Positions 19,314-28,768 of a stretch of DNA of 64,000 nucleotides are shown here, in pieces. The DNA lies in NCBI RefSeq assembly GCF_965212575.1, contig NZ_OZ243113.1, positions 1,115,662 through 1,179,661 on the forward strand, in the 5' to 3' direction. Each line of letters opens with the position of its first letter. The first letter of the stretch is position 1. The notes under the pieces are model-generated. The model was not told the DNA's origin and made no database searches. It saw nothing but the letters and a program-made list of their open reading frames with translations. This DNA comes from Flagellimonas sp. (GTDB taxonomy: Bacteria > Bacteroidota > Bacteroidia > Flavobacteriales > Flavobacteriaceae). The position numbers were made by a program, and so were the translations under genes.

Positions 19314-20495
19314 GTGTTTAGGGAGATTTCAAAAATTGGTATTCCATTTATTGTATTGTTTTTTTTGTATTTGATAAATCCTTATGGATTAAATATTTAT
19401 CTAGGTTATTTACTCGCTGCTTTAATGCTACTTCAAAGAGATTTCTTGGTCAAAAATGTAGATTTGAACTTTTTGTATCTTCTGGCATTTTCCGTTACAT
19501 ATGCTGCCTTCTTTTCCTTTGACCCCAAAGCTGGAAAACAATATATAGTTATCTATGCACTGGTGCCAGGAACATTTTATTTGATGGGAAAATATTTTAC
19601 TGAACGGATTGAAAAAAGACCGGATTTTGTTTTTTTTTTGTTGTTAATAACAGGAATAACCTTTTCTTTTTCCGCATTGTTATCGGTTTTCACCAACATC
19701 TTACAAAATGGTTATAATGTTGTTGATAGGAACTTGCCAAACTATTGGACGAATCAGATAGTTTCCGCAACCATTATGGGTTCCTTTTTGACAATGTTGA
19801 TGACAATTCCGTCACTATTGGTTTCACAGGTAAAAAAACTTTCCATCTTGTATAGGGTACTATTAATGCTTTTATATGGTGTTGCACTGGCCTGTGTACT
19901 AAGAATTGGAAGTAGAACACAGATAGGAATTAGCCTTATTACGCTATTGGCCTCTTTGGTTTATATTATGCCAAGGCAATCCTTCCGAAGAAATTTGATG
20001 ATGTTCGCTATTTTTTTTGCTGGTGTTTTCTATATAATTAGTAATGTAAGTTTTGATTTGGATCAAGGATGGCTTTCTGCTTTTGCGGGAAGAATGGAGG
20101 ATAATGGAGCAGCTGACTTAGCTTCTGGTGGGGGTAGAACGGACAGATGGCTTAAATCAATGGAATATCTTTTTGAAAAGCCCCTGGGCTGGAGCGAGCA
20201 TGAGTTTGGCCATGCTCATAATCTTTGGTTTGATGTTCTTAGGATAGGGGGATTTCTTTCTTTTTTTCTTTTGATTTTTTTTACGAGCAGTGCCTATCTA
20301 ACAGTATGGCAAGGGATAAATAAAAATAAAACCGCTTATGCATTGAACAATCAGATAATAATATATGTATTGGCATTTTCCATGGTTTTTATGGTAGAGC
20401 CTATATTGGAGGGTATGTTTGACTTTTTTGCTCTTTTCTGTTTTTTTATTGGTGTAGTTAAAAAATATAATACCGATTATCCCGTAATTAAGTAG
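19314..20495 (+). CDS. wzy: Wzy-type O-antigen/capsule repeat-unit polymerase
   Basis: 393 aa with many hydrophobic segments. A predicted loop (GRTDRW...GHAHNLWFDVLRIGG) resembles the O-antigen ligase/polymerase domain. GTG start. Confidence 0.65.
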   Translation: MFREISKIGIPFIVLFFLYLINPYGLNIYLGYLLAALMLLQRDFLVKNVDLNFLYLLAFSVTYAAFFSFDPKAGKQYIVIYALVPGTFYLMGKYFTERIEKRPDFVFFLLLITGITFSFSALLSVFTNILQNGYNVVDRNLPNYWTNQIVSATIMGSFLTMLMTIPSLLVSQVKKLSILYRVLLMLLYGVALACVLRIGSRTQIGISLITLLASLVYIMPRQSFRRNLMMFAIFFAGVFYIISNVSFDLDQGWLSAFAGRMEDNGAADLASGGGRTDRWLKSMEYLFEKPLGWSEHEFGHAHNLWFDVLRIGGFLSFFLLIFFTSSAYLTVWQGINKNKTAYALNNQIIIYVLAFSMVFMVEPILEGMFDFFALFCFFIGVVKKYNTDYPVIK

Positions 20496-20591
20496 TATCA
20501 TCCAAAATATACTTAAAGATTGATTTTAAGCTATATTTTTGACATGTAAAAACTAAGTTTTCGATTAATTGTTCCTCCCCAAAACCTTAAT

Positions 20592-21473
20592 ATGAACAAG
20601 TTTGCCGTTCTTCTTACGTGTTTTAATCGCAAAGAAAAGACAATCAAGGCATTGAATGCCTTACATTCAGCATATAACAAAATATCACGAGAATGGGAGA
20701 TGTCAATCTATCTAACCGATGATGGCTCAACCGATGGGACTTCTGACGCTGTTATAAAAAAATTCCCAAAAGTAAATATTTTGAAAGGTTCTGGGTCACT
20801 TTATTGGGCCGGAGGAATGCGAAATTCTTGGACTGAGGCAAAAAAAGGAGACTATGGCGCCTATTTGTTGCTAAATGACGACACGAATATTCATCCAGAT
20901 GTTTTTAATAAAATTTTTGAAACTGAAAAATATTGCCTTAAAACGTTTAAGGAACCAGGCATATATGTAGGCACCACGATTGATGCGGAGTCTGGAAAGG
21001 TCTCTTACGGAGGTTCTGTTTTCACTAATAGGTTTCTGGGAAAAATGAAAAGAGTGCATATGGACAATAAAACACCTATGTCATGCGAACTCGGGAACGC
21101 AAACATTATGTGGGTGCCAAAAAATGTTGTGGAGATCATAGGTATCTTATCACCTGGGTATATCCATGGAATGGCGGATTATGATTACACTATGAAGGCG
21201 GTTAAGAAGAAGATTCCGGTGTTAACGCTTCCAGGAGTTTCCGGCGAATGTATTAACGATCATGGTGAAATCTACGAAAGGTTTGAGAAACTTTCCTTTA
21301 AAGAACGAGTTCGGTTTTTATACAATCCAGTTGGTTTGGATTTCAGCTCGCAGCTTTATCATATGAGAAGGCATTTCCCAATCAGGTTACCCTTATTTTA
21401 TTTGATGGGCTGGTTCAAAGTAATTTTTCCTAATATATATGCTAAAAAAGTTTACGGATCTAGAGTAGGTTAG
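20592..21473 (+). CDS. Glycosyltransferase family 2
   Basis: 293 aa. Has FAVLLTCFNRKEKT, YLTDDGSTDGT and LLLNDDT (DxD-type), the typical GT2 N-terminal domain. Confidence 0.8.
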   Translation: MNKFAVLLTCFNRKEKTIKALNALHSAYNKISREWEMSIYLTDDGSTDGTSDAVIKKFPKVNILKGSGSLYWAGGMRNSWTEAKKGDYGAYLLLNDDTNIHPDVFNKIFETEKYCLKTFKEPGIYVGTTIDAESGKVSYGGSVFTNRFLGKMKRVHMDNKTPMSCELGNANIMWVPKNVVEIIGILSPGYIHGMADYDYTMKAVKKKIPVLTLPGVSGECINDHGEIYERFEKLSFKERVRFLYNPVGLDFSSQLYHMRRHFPIRLPLFYLMGWFKVIFPNIYAKKVYGSRVG

Positions 21474-21518
21474 GTAGGTATAACCCATTGAGGTTTGAAA
21501 AGTTTATAATTCTTCAAA

Positions 21519-22586
21519 ATGAATAAAAAAACCAACGATCTAATATTTCTCATTCAATCTTTTGAGCAGCCAAGAATTCTTAAGATTATCATAGACAAGT
21601 CCAAGATTTATGACAACATCTATGTCTATGGTTTTACGAGAAAAATACATGCGGTTGAAAACTATAAGATATTGGATGATTATAAAAATGTGTCCTACGC
21701 AATAGTTGGGGCCTTGGAAGATAGAAAATACTGGAACCGACTGCATCATTACATAAAACTTCTGAGGATAATTTATAATAATCATGGATTAAGGAAGAAA
21801 CAACTATATGTGGTGGGTATGGATCTAAGATTGTTGTGTGTTGCGATATTCAATAAATATACCGAATACGTAATTAGCGATTTGGCATGGCTTTATTACA
21901 AACAGCCCTTTAAAACTGTGTGGGGAATGCTAGACAAATTATTGGCAAAAAGCTCGGACAAAGTTCTAATGACCTCTAGGGGTTTTTACGAAACGTATTA
22001 TAAGAAGTTTGTAAAAAAAGAAAACCTTGTACTAACTGAAAATAAACTGGCAACATATGGTAGGGTATTTCCATTGGAAAAACTTAAAGATGATAAAATT
22101 CACATTGCCTATGTTGGAGCTTTCAGGTATAAAAAGATTATATCCAATCTGCTAAATGTTGTAAAGGGCGATTCTAGGTTGGCATTGAACTTCTATGGAG
22201 ATGGATTTTCGGATATTGTTGAAAAAATGAAAGAACACGCTGAAACTTATGATAATATAACGTTTAATGGTGCGTTTAAGAACCCTGATGACCTACAGAA
22301 AATTTATGAGCAAAATAATATCAATTTCGTGGTATACAATAATGAGCAGGAGAATGAACGTGTAGCGATGCCGAATAAATTTTATGAATCCGGTTTTTTT
22401 AATGTTCCAATTGTTTGCGCAACAAAAACTTATGTTGGAAAAAGAGCTTTGGAATTAAATATGGGATGGGTGTGTGATATAGATCAAGATGGAATTCAAA
22501 ACTTTTTTGATTCCTTGAATATTGATCAGATAATGGATTGTCATAATGGAATAAAAAAACTGGACAAAAGCTTGTTTAATTATTGA
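21519..22586 (+). CDS. Glycosyltransferase, GT-B fold (GT4-like)
   Basis: 355 aa. The C-terminal E-x7-E-like block NERVAMPNKFYESGFFNVPIV fits GT4-type enzymes. Confidence 0.65.
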   Translation: MNKKTNDLIFLIQSFEQPRILKIIIDKSKIYDNIYVYGFTRKIHAVENYKILDDYKNVSYAIVGALEDRKYWNRLHHYIKLLRIIYNNHGLRKKQLYVVGMDLRLLCVAIFNKYTEYVISDLAWLYYKQPFKTVWGMLDKLLAKSSDKVLMTSRGFYETYYKKFVKKENLVLTENKLATYGRVFPLEKLKDDKIHIAYVGAFRYKKIISNLLNVVKGDSRLALNFYGDGFSDIVEKMKEHAETYDNITFNGAFKNPDDLQKIYEQNNINFVVYNNEQENERVAMPNKFYESGFFNVPIVCATKTYVGKRALELNMGWVCDIDQDGIQNFFDSLNIDQIMDCHNGIKKLDKSLFNY

Positions 22587-22621
22587 AATAAACAAAAACA
22601 AATAAGTAAACTGCAAATAAG

Positions 22622-23740
22622 TTGAAAAAGAAAAACCTTATTATATTCGGAACTCGACCTGAAGCTATAAAAATGGCTCCTTTGGTGAAAAAGTTCCAAG
22701 GATCAGATGAATTTGAAACCAAAGTTTGTGTAACCGCCCAACATCGTGAAATGTTGGATCAAGTATTGGATTTTTTTGGAATTACTCCTGACTATGATCT
22801 TGACTTAATGAAACCGGGCCAAAATTTATATGGATTAACGGCAAGAATTATTGAAGGATTGCAAAAGGTTTTGGAAGATTTCAAGCCAGATTTTGTATAC
22901 GTGCATGGAGATACAACAACAACAATGGGCTCCAGTATAGCTGGGTTTTATTCCGGTGCACGGGTTTGTCATGTAGAGGCCGGATTAAGAACTTTCAATA
23001 AATGGGCTCCTTTTCCTGAAGAAATAAATCGAAGAATCACAGGGCATGTTGCGGATTTCCATTTCGCACCCACTCAAACTTCATTCAACAATTTAAAGCG
23101 CGAAGGTATTCAGCAGAAGGATATAATAATTACGGGAAACACAGTAATTGATGCGCTGCATGAAAGTGTAGCTCGTGTACAATCCTTGGATTCGCCGGCG
23201 TTGAAAATACTGAAAGAAACGATTTCTGAAGATAAAAAGATTATTTTGGTGACCGGTCATCGACGTGAAAATCATGGCCAAGGTTTTATAAATATTTGCC
23301 AAGCACTTAAAACTATAGCGGAAAAGTTCGAAGATGTTGAAATTGTTTATCCGGTACATTTAAATCCCAAAGTACAAAAACCTGTATACGAATTATTGGG
23401 AGATTTGGACAACGTTAAATTAATTGATCCATTGGCCTACCCTGAATTTGTATGGTTAATGAATGAAAGTATCATTGTGATTACCGATAGTGGCGGTGTT
23501 CAAGAAGAAGCGCCCAGTTTGGGAAAACCCGTTTTGGTTATGAGGGATACCACCGAAAGGCCTGAAGCGGTAGAAGCTGGCACCGTCATTTTGGTGGGCA
23601 CAGATAAAGAAAAAATTGTTGCAGAGGCAACATCGCTGTTGACCAATGAAGAAAGATACAAAGACATGAGCAGGCTTCATAATCCATATGGAGATGGTAA
23701 GGCTTGTGAACGGATTGTGGACTTTATGAAAAAACAATAA
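22622..23740 (+). CDS. wecB: UDP-N-acetylglucosamine 2-epimerase (non-hydrolysing)
   Basis: 372 aa. Has FGTRPEAIKMAPL, HVEAGLRT and DSGGVQEEAPSLGKPVLVMR. TTG start. Confidence 0.9.
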   Translation: MKKKNLIIFGTRPEAIKMAPLVKKFQGSDEFETKVCVTAQHREMLDQVLDFFGITPDYDLDLMKPGQNLYGLTARIIEGLQKVLEDFKPDFVYVHGDTTTTMGSSIAGFYSGARVCHVEAGLRTFNKWAPFPEEINRRITGHVADFHFAPTQTSFNNLKREGIQQKDIIITGNTVIDALHESVARVQSLDSPALKILKETISEDKKIILVTGHRRENHGQGFINICQALKTIAEKFEDVEIVYPVHLNPKVQKPVYELLGDLDNVKLIDPLAYPEFVWLMNESIIVITDSGGVQEEAPSLGKPVLVMRDTTERPEAVEAGTVILVGTDKEKIVAEATSLLTNEERYKDMSRLHNPYGDGKACERIVDFMKKQ

Positions 23741-23741
23741 C

Positions 23742-24746
23742 ATGTTTAAAGGAAAAAAACTACTTATTACAGGAGGAACAGGATCATTTGGTAATGCGGT
23801 TCTGGACCGATTTTTGCAAACTGATATAGGAGAGATTCGCATTTTTAGCCGTGATGAGAAAAAGCAGGATGACATGCGCAACCGGTTGAAGAATCCAAAA
23901 ATTAAATTCTATATTGGAGATGTAAGGGATTATAACAGTATAGATCGTGCAATGCACGGAGTGGACTATGTTTTTCATGCAGCTGCCTTAAAACAGGTTC
24001 CTTCCTGCGAATTTTTTCCAATAGAAGCGGCGAAAACAAATGTTTTTGGAACTCAAAATACTATTGATGCGGCAGTGGCCAACAAGGTAGATAAAATAAT
24101 TTGTCTCAGCACGGATAAAGCAGCTTACCCCATAAATGCTATGGGGATTAGCAAAGCCTTAATGGAAAAAGTTGCGGTTGCTGCTTCAAGGAACATACCT
24201 GAAGAAGCCACAACGGTTTGCCTTACGCGTTATGGAAATGTAATGGCGTCAAGGGGATCTGTAATACCACTATTTGTAGACCAGATTAAAGAAGGAAACG
24301 CTTTGACGGTTACCGATCCAAATATGACCCGATTCTTAATGTCGTTGGAAGATGCTGTAGACTTGGTTCTATTTGCCTTTGAGCATGGCAACCAAGGTGA
24401 TCTGTTTGTAAACAAAGCTCCAGCGAGTACAATTGGAGATTTGGCTGAAGCGATTAAGGACATATTTAAAGCCAATAACGAAATCAAGGTAATTGGAACG
24501 CGTCATGGCGAAAAACTCTACGAAACTCTCTGTACCCGCGAAGAAATGCAAAAAGCAGTCGATATGGGAGATTTTTATAGAATACCGGCCGACAATCGGG
24601 ATTTGAATTACAGCAGGTATTTTTCTGAAGGAGAAAAGGACATAAGTGCCATAGAGGATTATCACTCTCATAATACGAAGCATTTGAATGAAGAGGAGCT
24701 AAAGAATACGCTTTTGAACTTGGATTTTATCAAAGAAAATCTTTAA
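23742..24746 (+). CDS. fnlA: UDP-GlcNAc 4,6-dehydratase/5-epimerase (FnlA / CapE / WbjB type), L-FucNAc pathway step 1
   Basis: 334 aa. Has LLITGGTGSFGNAV. AMGISKALMEK carries M-x-x-x-K in place of Y-x-x-x-K, a CapE/FnlA hallmark. Confidence 0.88.
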   Translation: MFKGKKLLITGGTGSFGNAVLDRFLQTDIGEIRIFSRDEKKQDDMRNRLKNPKIKFYIGDVRDYNSIDRAMHGVDYVFHAAALKQVPSCEFFPIEAAKTNVFGTQNTIDAAVANKVDKIICLSTDKAAYPINAMGISKALMEKVAVAASRNIPEEATTVCLTRYGNVMASRGSVIPLFVDQIKEGNALTVTDPNMTRFLMSLEDAVDLVLFAFEHGNQGDLFVNKAPASTIGDLAEAIKDIFKANNEIKVIGTRHGEKLYETLCTREEMQKAVDMGDFYRIPADNRDLNYSRYFSEGEKDISAIEDYHSHNTKHLNEEELKNTLLNLDFIKENL

Positions 24747-25174
24747 TGTTAGACAATTATTTGATTAAAGGAGAGGTTTTTGAAGACGTTCGTGGAACTT
24801 TGCGTGCATTTAATAGCTTCAATTTGACCGAAATAGTTAGGATTTATGAAATTGCCCCTAAAAATGAGAGCACTATAAGAGCTTGGCAAGGACATAAATA
24901 TGAAAAAAAATGGTTCCGATGCTTGTCAGGATCATTTGTGGTAAACATGATTGAAATTGATAATTTTGACCAACCCTCAAGTCAGCTCGTTCCAACTCGA
25001 TTTGTTTTAAATGGTAAAACCCCTGAAATTTTAGCAGTGCCAAATGGATTCGCCACAGGCATAAAAGCGATATTTGCGGAATCTAGGCTTGAGGTGTTTT
25101 CAAATTTTGATTTAGAGAAATCCGAAAAGGACGACTATAGGTTTTCTTTGGAGAAATGGCAAGCAGAATGGTAG
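24746..25174 (+). CDS. Small cupin, WxcM/FdtA-like (sugar ketoisomerase/epimerase fold), function unclear
   Basis: 142 aa, inserted between fnlA and fnlB with a TAATG overlap at 24746. DVRGTL...IRAWQGHKYEKKWF is cupin-like. Confidence 0.55.
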   Translation: MLDNYLIKGEVFEDVRGTLRAFNSFNLTEIVRIYEIAPKNESTIRAWQGHKYEKKWFRCLSGSFVVNMIEIDNFDQPSSQLVPTRFVLNGKTPEILAVPNGFATGIKAIFAESRLEVFSNFDLEKSEKDDYRFSLEKWQAEW

Positions 25175-25179
25175 AGACA

Positions 25180-26322
25180 ATGAAAAAACATAGAATTGGT
25201 ATAACCGGACAGGCTGGTTTTGTGGGTAATCACCTATATACCACCTTATCTTTGCTCGATAATGTTGAACTGATATATTTTGAACGCCTTTTTTTTGAAA
25301 ACGAGGATCAGCTGACACAATTTGTGTCAAAGTGTGATACCATTGTGCATTTGGCCGCAATGAACCGGCATGAAGACCAAAATGTAATATACCAAACAAA
25401 TATTGATTTGGTGGAGAAACTGATCAAGGCATGTGAGAGGGCCAATACGACACCACACATCATTTTCTCATCATCATCCCAAGAAGTTAAGGATAATCTT
25501 TATGGACGATCCAAAAAAGAAGGGAAGCAAAAGTTAGTGAAATGGGCAAAAGAATCAGGTGGAAAATTCACCTCATTGACCATCCCGAATGTTTTTGGAC
25601 CCTTTGGAAAACCAAATTATAACTCGGTTGTCGCCACCTTTTGTCATAAAGTTGCCAATGATGAAAATCCAACCATTATAAATGATGGTGAGGTAGGACT
25701 TATCTATATTAATGACTTGGTTAAAGTCTTTGTGGACACCATTTTTGGAAACCAACCCTCAAATACTTTAGAAGAAAATAGTTTTGAGGTCAACATTGAA
25801 CCCATGCACCAGGTTAAAGTTTCGAGACTATTGGAACTATTGAATAAGTTCAAAGCGGATTACTTGAAAAACGGAATTTTTCCAAATCTGGATGATCACT
25901 TTCAAAAATCGCTATTTAATACCTTTAGGTGTTATATCCCAGAAGCCCATTATCCGGTCAAATACACAAAACATACAGATCCAAGAGGCAGTTTCGTAGA
26001 AATCGCCAGAACCCAAACTTCTGGGCAATTTTCCTTTTCTACTACTGTCCCGGGAATAACTAGAGGAAATCATTTTCACACAAGAAAAGCTGAACGTTTT
26101 GCTGTTATCAGTGGAAAGGCCAGGATTCAATTGCGAAAAATTGGTACCGATCATGTCATCAACTATGATTTGGATGGTAATGAACCGGCTTATGTGGATA
26201 TGCCCATATGGTATACCCATAATATTACAAACACTGGTGATACAGAATTGATAACACTTTTTTGGATTAATGAACCTTATGATCCGGACGATGCGGATAC
26301 CTATTTTGAAAACGTTGAATAA
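25180..26322 (+). CDS. fnlB: FnlB / CapF-type reductase (SDR N-domain plus C-terminal cupin), L-FucNAc pathway step 2
   Basis: I chose the ATG at 25180 (MKKHRIGITGQAGFVGNHL), just after the upstream stop at 25172-25174; the track ORF begins at 25156. The C-terminal DPRGSFVE...GNHFH block is the cupin domain, as in CapF. Confidence 0.85.
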   Translation: MKKHRIGITGQAGFVGNHLYTTLSLLDNVELIYFERLFFENEDQLTQFVSKCDTIVHLAAMNRHEDQNVIYQTNIDLVEKLIKACERANTTPHIIFSSSSQEVKDNLYGRSKKEGKQKLVKWAKESGGKFTSLTIPNVFGPFGKPNYNSVVATFCHKVANDENPTIINDGEVGLIYINDLVKVFVDTIFGNQPSNTLEENSFEVNIEPMHQVKVSRLLELLNKFKADYLKNGIFPNLDDHFQKSLFNTFRCYIPEAHYPVKYTKHTDPRGSFVEIARTQTSGQFSFSTTVPGITRGNHFHTRKAERFAVISGKARIQLRKIGTDHVINYDLDGNEPAYVDMPIWYTHNITNTGDTELITLFWINEPYDPDDADTYFENVE

Positions 26323-26342
26323 CTCATATTAACACTAGACCA

Positions 26343-27476
26343 TTGAAAAAACTTAAAGTTTTAACTGTTGTTGGGACACGGCCGGAAATTATTCGTCTTG
26401 CTTGCGTATTAAATGCCTTGGATGCCAACGAAGCTATTGAACATACCTTGGTTCATACAGGTCAAAATTATGATTATGAACTAAACGAAATATTTTTCGA
26501 AGATTTTGGCATTCGAAAACCTGACCATTTTTTAAGCGCCGCAGGGAAAAACGCCACCGAAACCGTGGGCAATATTTTAATCAAAATTGACCCGCTTTTA
26601 GAAAAAATTGACCCGGACGCCTTTTTGGTTTTAGGAGATACAAATTCCTGTCTTTGTGCTATCCCTGCAAAAAAGAGAAAGATTCCGGTTTTTCATATGG
26701 AAGCCGGAAATAGATGCTTTGACCAAAGAGTTCCAGAGGAGACCAATAGAAAAATTGTAGACCATGTGGCTGATATCAATCTCACATATAGTGATATAGC
26801 TCGAGAATATTTACTAAGGGAAGGACTATCACCAGATCGAGTTATAAAAACTGGAAGTCCCATGTTTGAAGTACTGGGAAAGTTTAAAGAAAAAATTGAT
26901 TCCTCATCGGTGTTAAAGGATTTGGGCTTGGAGAAAGAAAAATATTTTGTGGTCTCTTCCCATCGCGAGGAGAACATAAATAACCCCGATAATTTTAAGG
27001 GCCTAATAGATTCCCTGAATCAGATTGCCGAGGTTTATGATTTTCCCATTATTGTGTCAACGCATCCACGTACGAGGAACATGCTGGATTCTAAAAACGT
27101 AAAAACCCATAAGAATATACAATTTTTAAAACCTCTCGGTTTCTCGGATTACAATGCACTACAAGTTAATTCCTTTGCTGTTTTGTCCGATAGCGGAACA
27201 ATTTCTGAAGAATCATCAATTTTGAACTTTCGGGCATTGAACATAAGAGAGGCACATGAAAGGCCAGAGGCCATGGAGGAAGCTTCTGTAATGATGGTAG
27301 GACTAAACCCAGAAAGAATATTGCAAGGACTTCAGGCTTTGGAAATGCAAAAAAGAAGCCCTGAACGTAATTTTAGGGAAGTATCAGATTACACCATGCC
27401 CAATGTTAGTGAGAAAGTTGTGCGAATAATTATCTCATACGTTGATTATGTGAATCGAGTAGTTTGGTCAAAATAG
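26343..27476 (+). CDS. fnlC: FnlC / CapG-type UDP-2-acetamido-2,6-dideoxy-L-talose 2-epimerase, L-FucNAc pathway step 3
   Basis: 377 aa. Has VVGTRPEIIRL, HMEAGNRCFD and SDSGTISEES. Position after fnlA and fnlB fits. TTG start. Confidence 0.85.
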   Translation: MKKLKVLTVVGTRPEIIRLACVLNALDANEAIEHTLVHTGQNYDYELNEIFFEDFGIRKPDHFLSAAGKNATETVGNILIKIDPLLEKIDPDAFLVLGDTNSCLCAIPAKKRKIPVFHMEAGNRCFDQRVPEETNRKIVDHVADINLTYSDIAREYLLREGLSPDRVIKTGSPMFEVLGKFKEKIDSSSVLKDLGLEKEKYFVVSSHREENINNPDNFKGLIDSLNQIAEVYDFPIIVSTHPRTRNMLDSKNVKTHKNIQFLKPLGFSDYNALQVNSFAVLSDSGTISEESSILNFRALNIREAHERPEAMEEASVMMVGLNPERILQGLQALEMQKRSPERNFREVSDYTMPNVSEKVVRIIISYVDYVNRVVWSK

Positions 27477-27481
27477 AAGCA

Positions 27482-28696
27482 ATGAAGAAAGTTCTTTATT
27501 TGGGACTTGGATATCCTGATGTCAAAAAGTCAACAATTCTATATACCGATTTAATGCAGGAATTTGCCAAACAAGGGCATGAGGTGCTAGTTGTGGCTCC
27601 GGCATTAAACAAGGGAGACTACGGAATACGAACGGAAGGAGAGGTGCAAGTTTTAAGAGTACGCACATTACCGCTTTTTAATGTAGGTACGATAAGAAAA
27701 GGACTTGGTAATCTACTACTACCTTACCAGTATAAAAGAGCAATAAAAAAATATTGCTCGGAGTTTGATTTTGACCTTATTATATTGCCTACACCACCAA
27801 TAACCTTGGCATCGATAGCTTCTTGGTTAAAGAAAAAAAGTAAAGGCAAAATATACCTGATTTTAAGGGACATTTTTCCACAGAACGCTGTTGACTTGGG
27901 TATGATGAAGGAAAACGGGTTTTTTCATCGATATTTTAGGAAGCAAGAAGAAAGACTATATGTAGCATCGGATTCCATTGGCTGTATGTCTCCAGCAAAC
28001 GTTGCATATGTAAAGCAGCATAACCCTGTAGTTGAATCTGAAAAACTGCATCTTCTTCCCAATTGGGAAAAAATTCCTGAGTCTGTACCTAAAGAAGAAA
28101 TCGAAATAATTAAGAAAAAATTTGATTTGACGGATAAATTTGTGGCAATTTTTGGTGGAAATCTTGGGCGGCCCCAAAAAATGGAGAACATTATAAACCT
28201 GGCCAAAAGCTGTACAGATTATAAAGACATTTTCTTTTTGATTTTGGGCAGTGGGACAGAGAAAGAGGCTATTAAGGAAGTGATTGCTACTTCTAATCTA
28301 TCCAATATAAGACTAATAGATAGGTTGCCAAAAAAGGAGTATATTCAAGTCTTAGCTGCCGCCGATGTTGGTCTTATCTCTTTAAGCGAAGAATTTACAA
28401 TCCCTAACTTTCCCTCAAAAGTTCTCACATATTTTGGACTTAAAAAACCAGTTTTGGCTTCGTTGGATTTAGCTACGGATTTTGGCCAAATGTTGGAAGA
28501 AACAAAATCAGGACTTTGGGGAGAAGCTGGTAAAACCGACAATTTAAGGGAAAAACTTTTGTGGTTATATCACAACCCTGAGGCTAGAAACGAAATGGGG
28601 GAGAATGGTCATAAACATATGGCAAAAAACCTTACACCTGAAATTGCCTATGAAACCATCATCTCTAACATAAATGGTTCAAAGAAAAAAGCTTGA
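27482..28696 (+). CDS. Glycosyltransferase family 4 (WbuB-like; likely L-FucNAc transferase by context)
   Basis: I chose the ATG at 27482 (MKKVLYLGLGYP); the track ORF begins at 27464 inside fnlC. Has GGNLGRPQ and a GT-B C-terminal domain. The acceptor/donor assignment comes from adjacency only. Confidence 0.7.
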   Translation: MKKVLYLGLGYPDVKKSTILYTDLMQEFAKQGHEVLVVAPALNKGDYGIRTEGEVQVLRVRTLPLFNVGTIRKGLGNLLLPYQYKRAIKKYCSEFDFDLIILPTPPITLASIASWLKKKSKGKIYLILRDIFPQNAVDLGMMKENGFFHRYFRKQEERLYVASDSIGCMSPANVAYVKQHNPVVESEKLHLLPNWEKIPESVPKEEIEIIKKKFDLTDKFVAIFGGNLGRPQKMENIINLAKSCTDYKDIFFLILGSGTEKEAIKEVIATSNLSNIRLIDRLPKKEYIQVLAAADVGLISLSEEFTIPNFPSKVLTYFGLKKPVLASLDLATDFGQMLEETKSGLWGEAGKTDNLREKLLWLYHNPEARNEMGENGHKHMAKNLTPEIAYETIISNINGSKKKA

Positions 28697-28768
28697 GGGC
28701 TTTTTCTTGTCTTACAATTTTATACCGCGGGCCATTAATATACAGTCGTAGCACCCTAAGGAGGCTGG

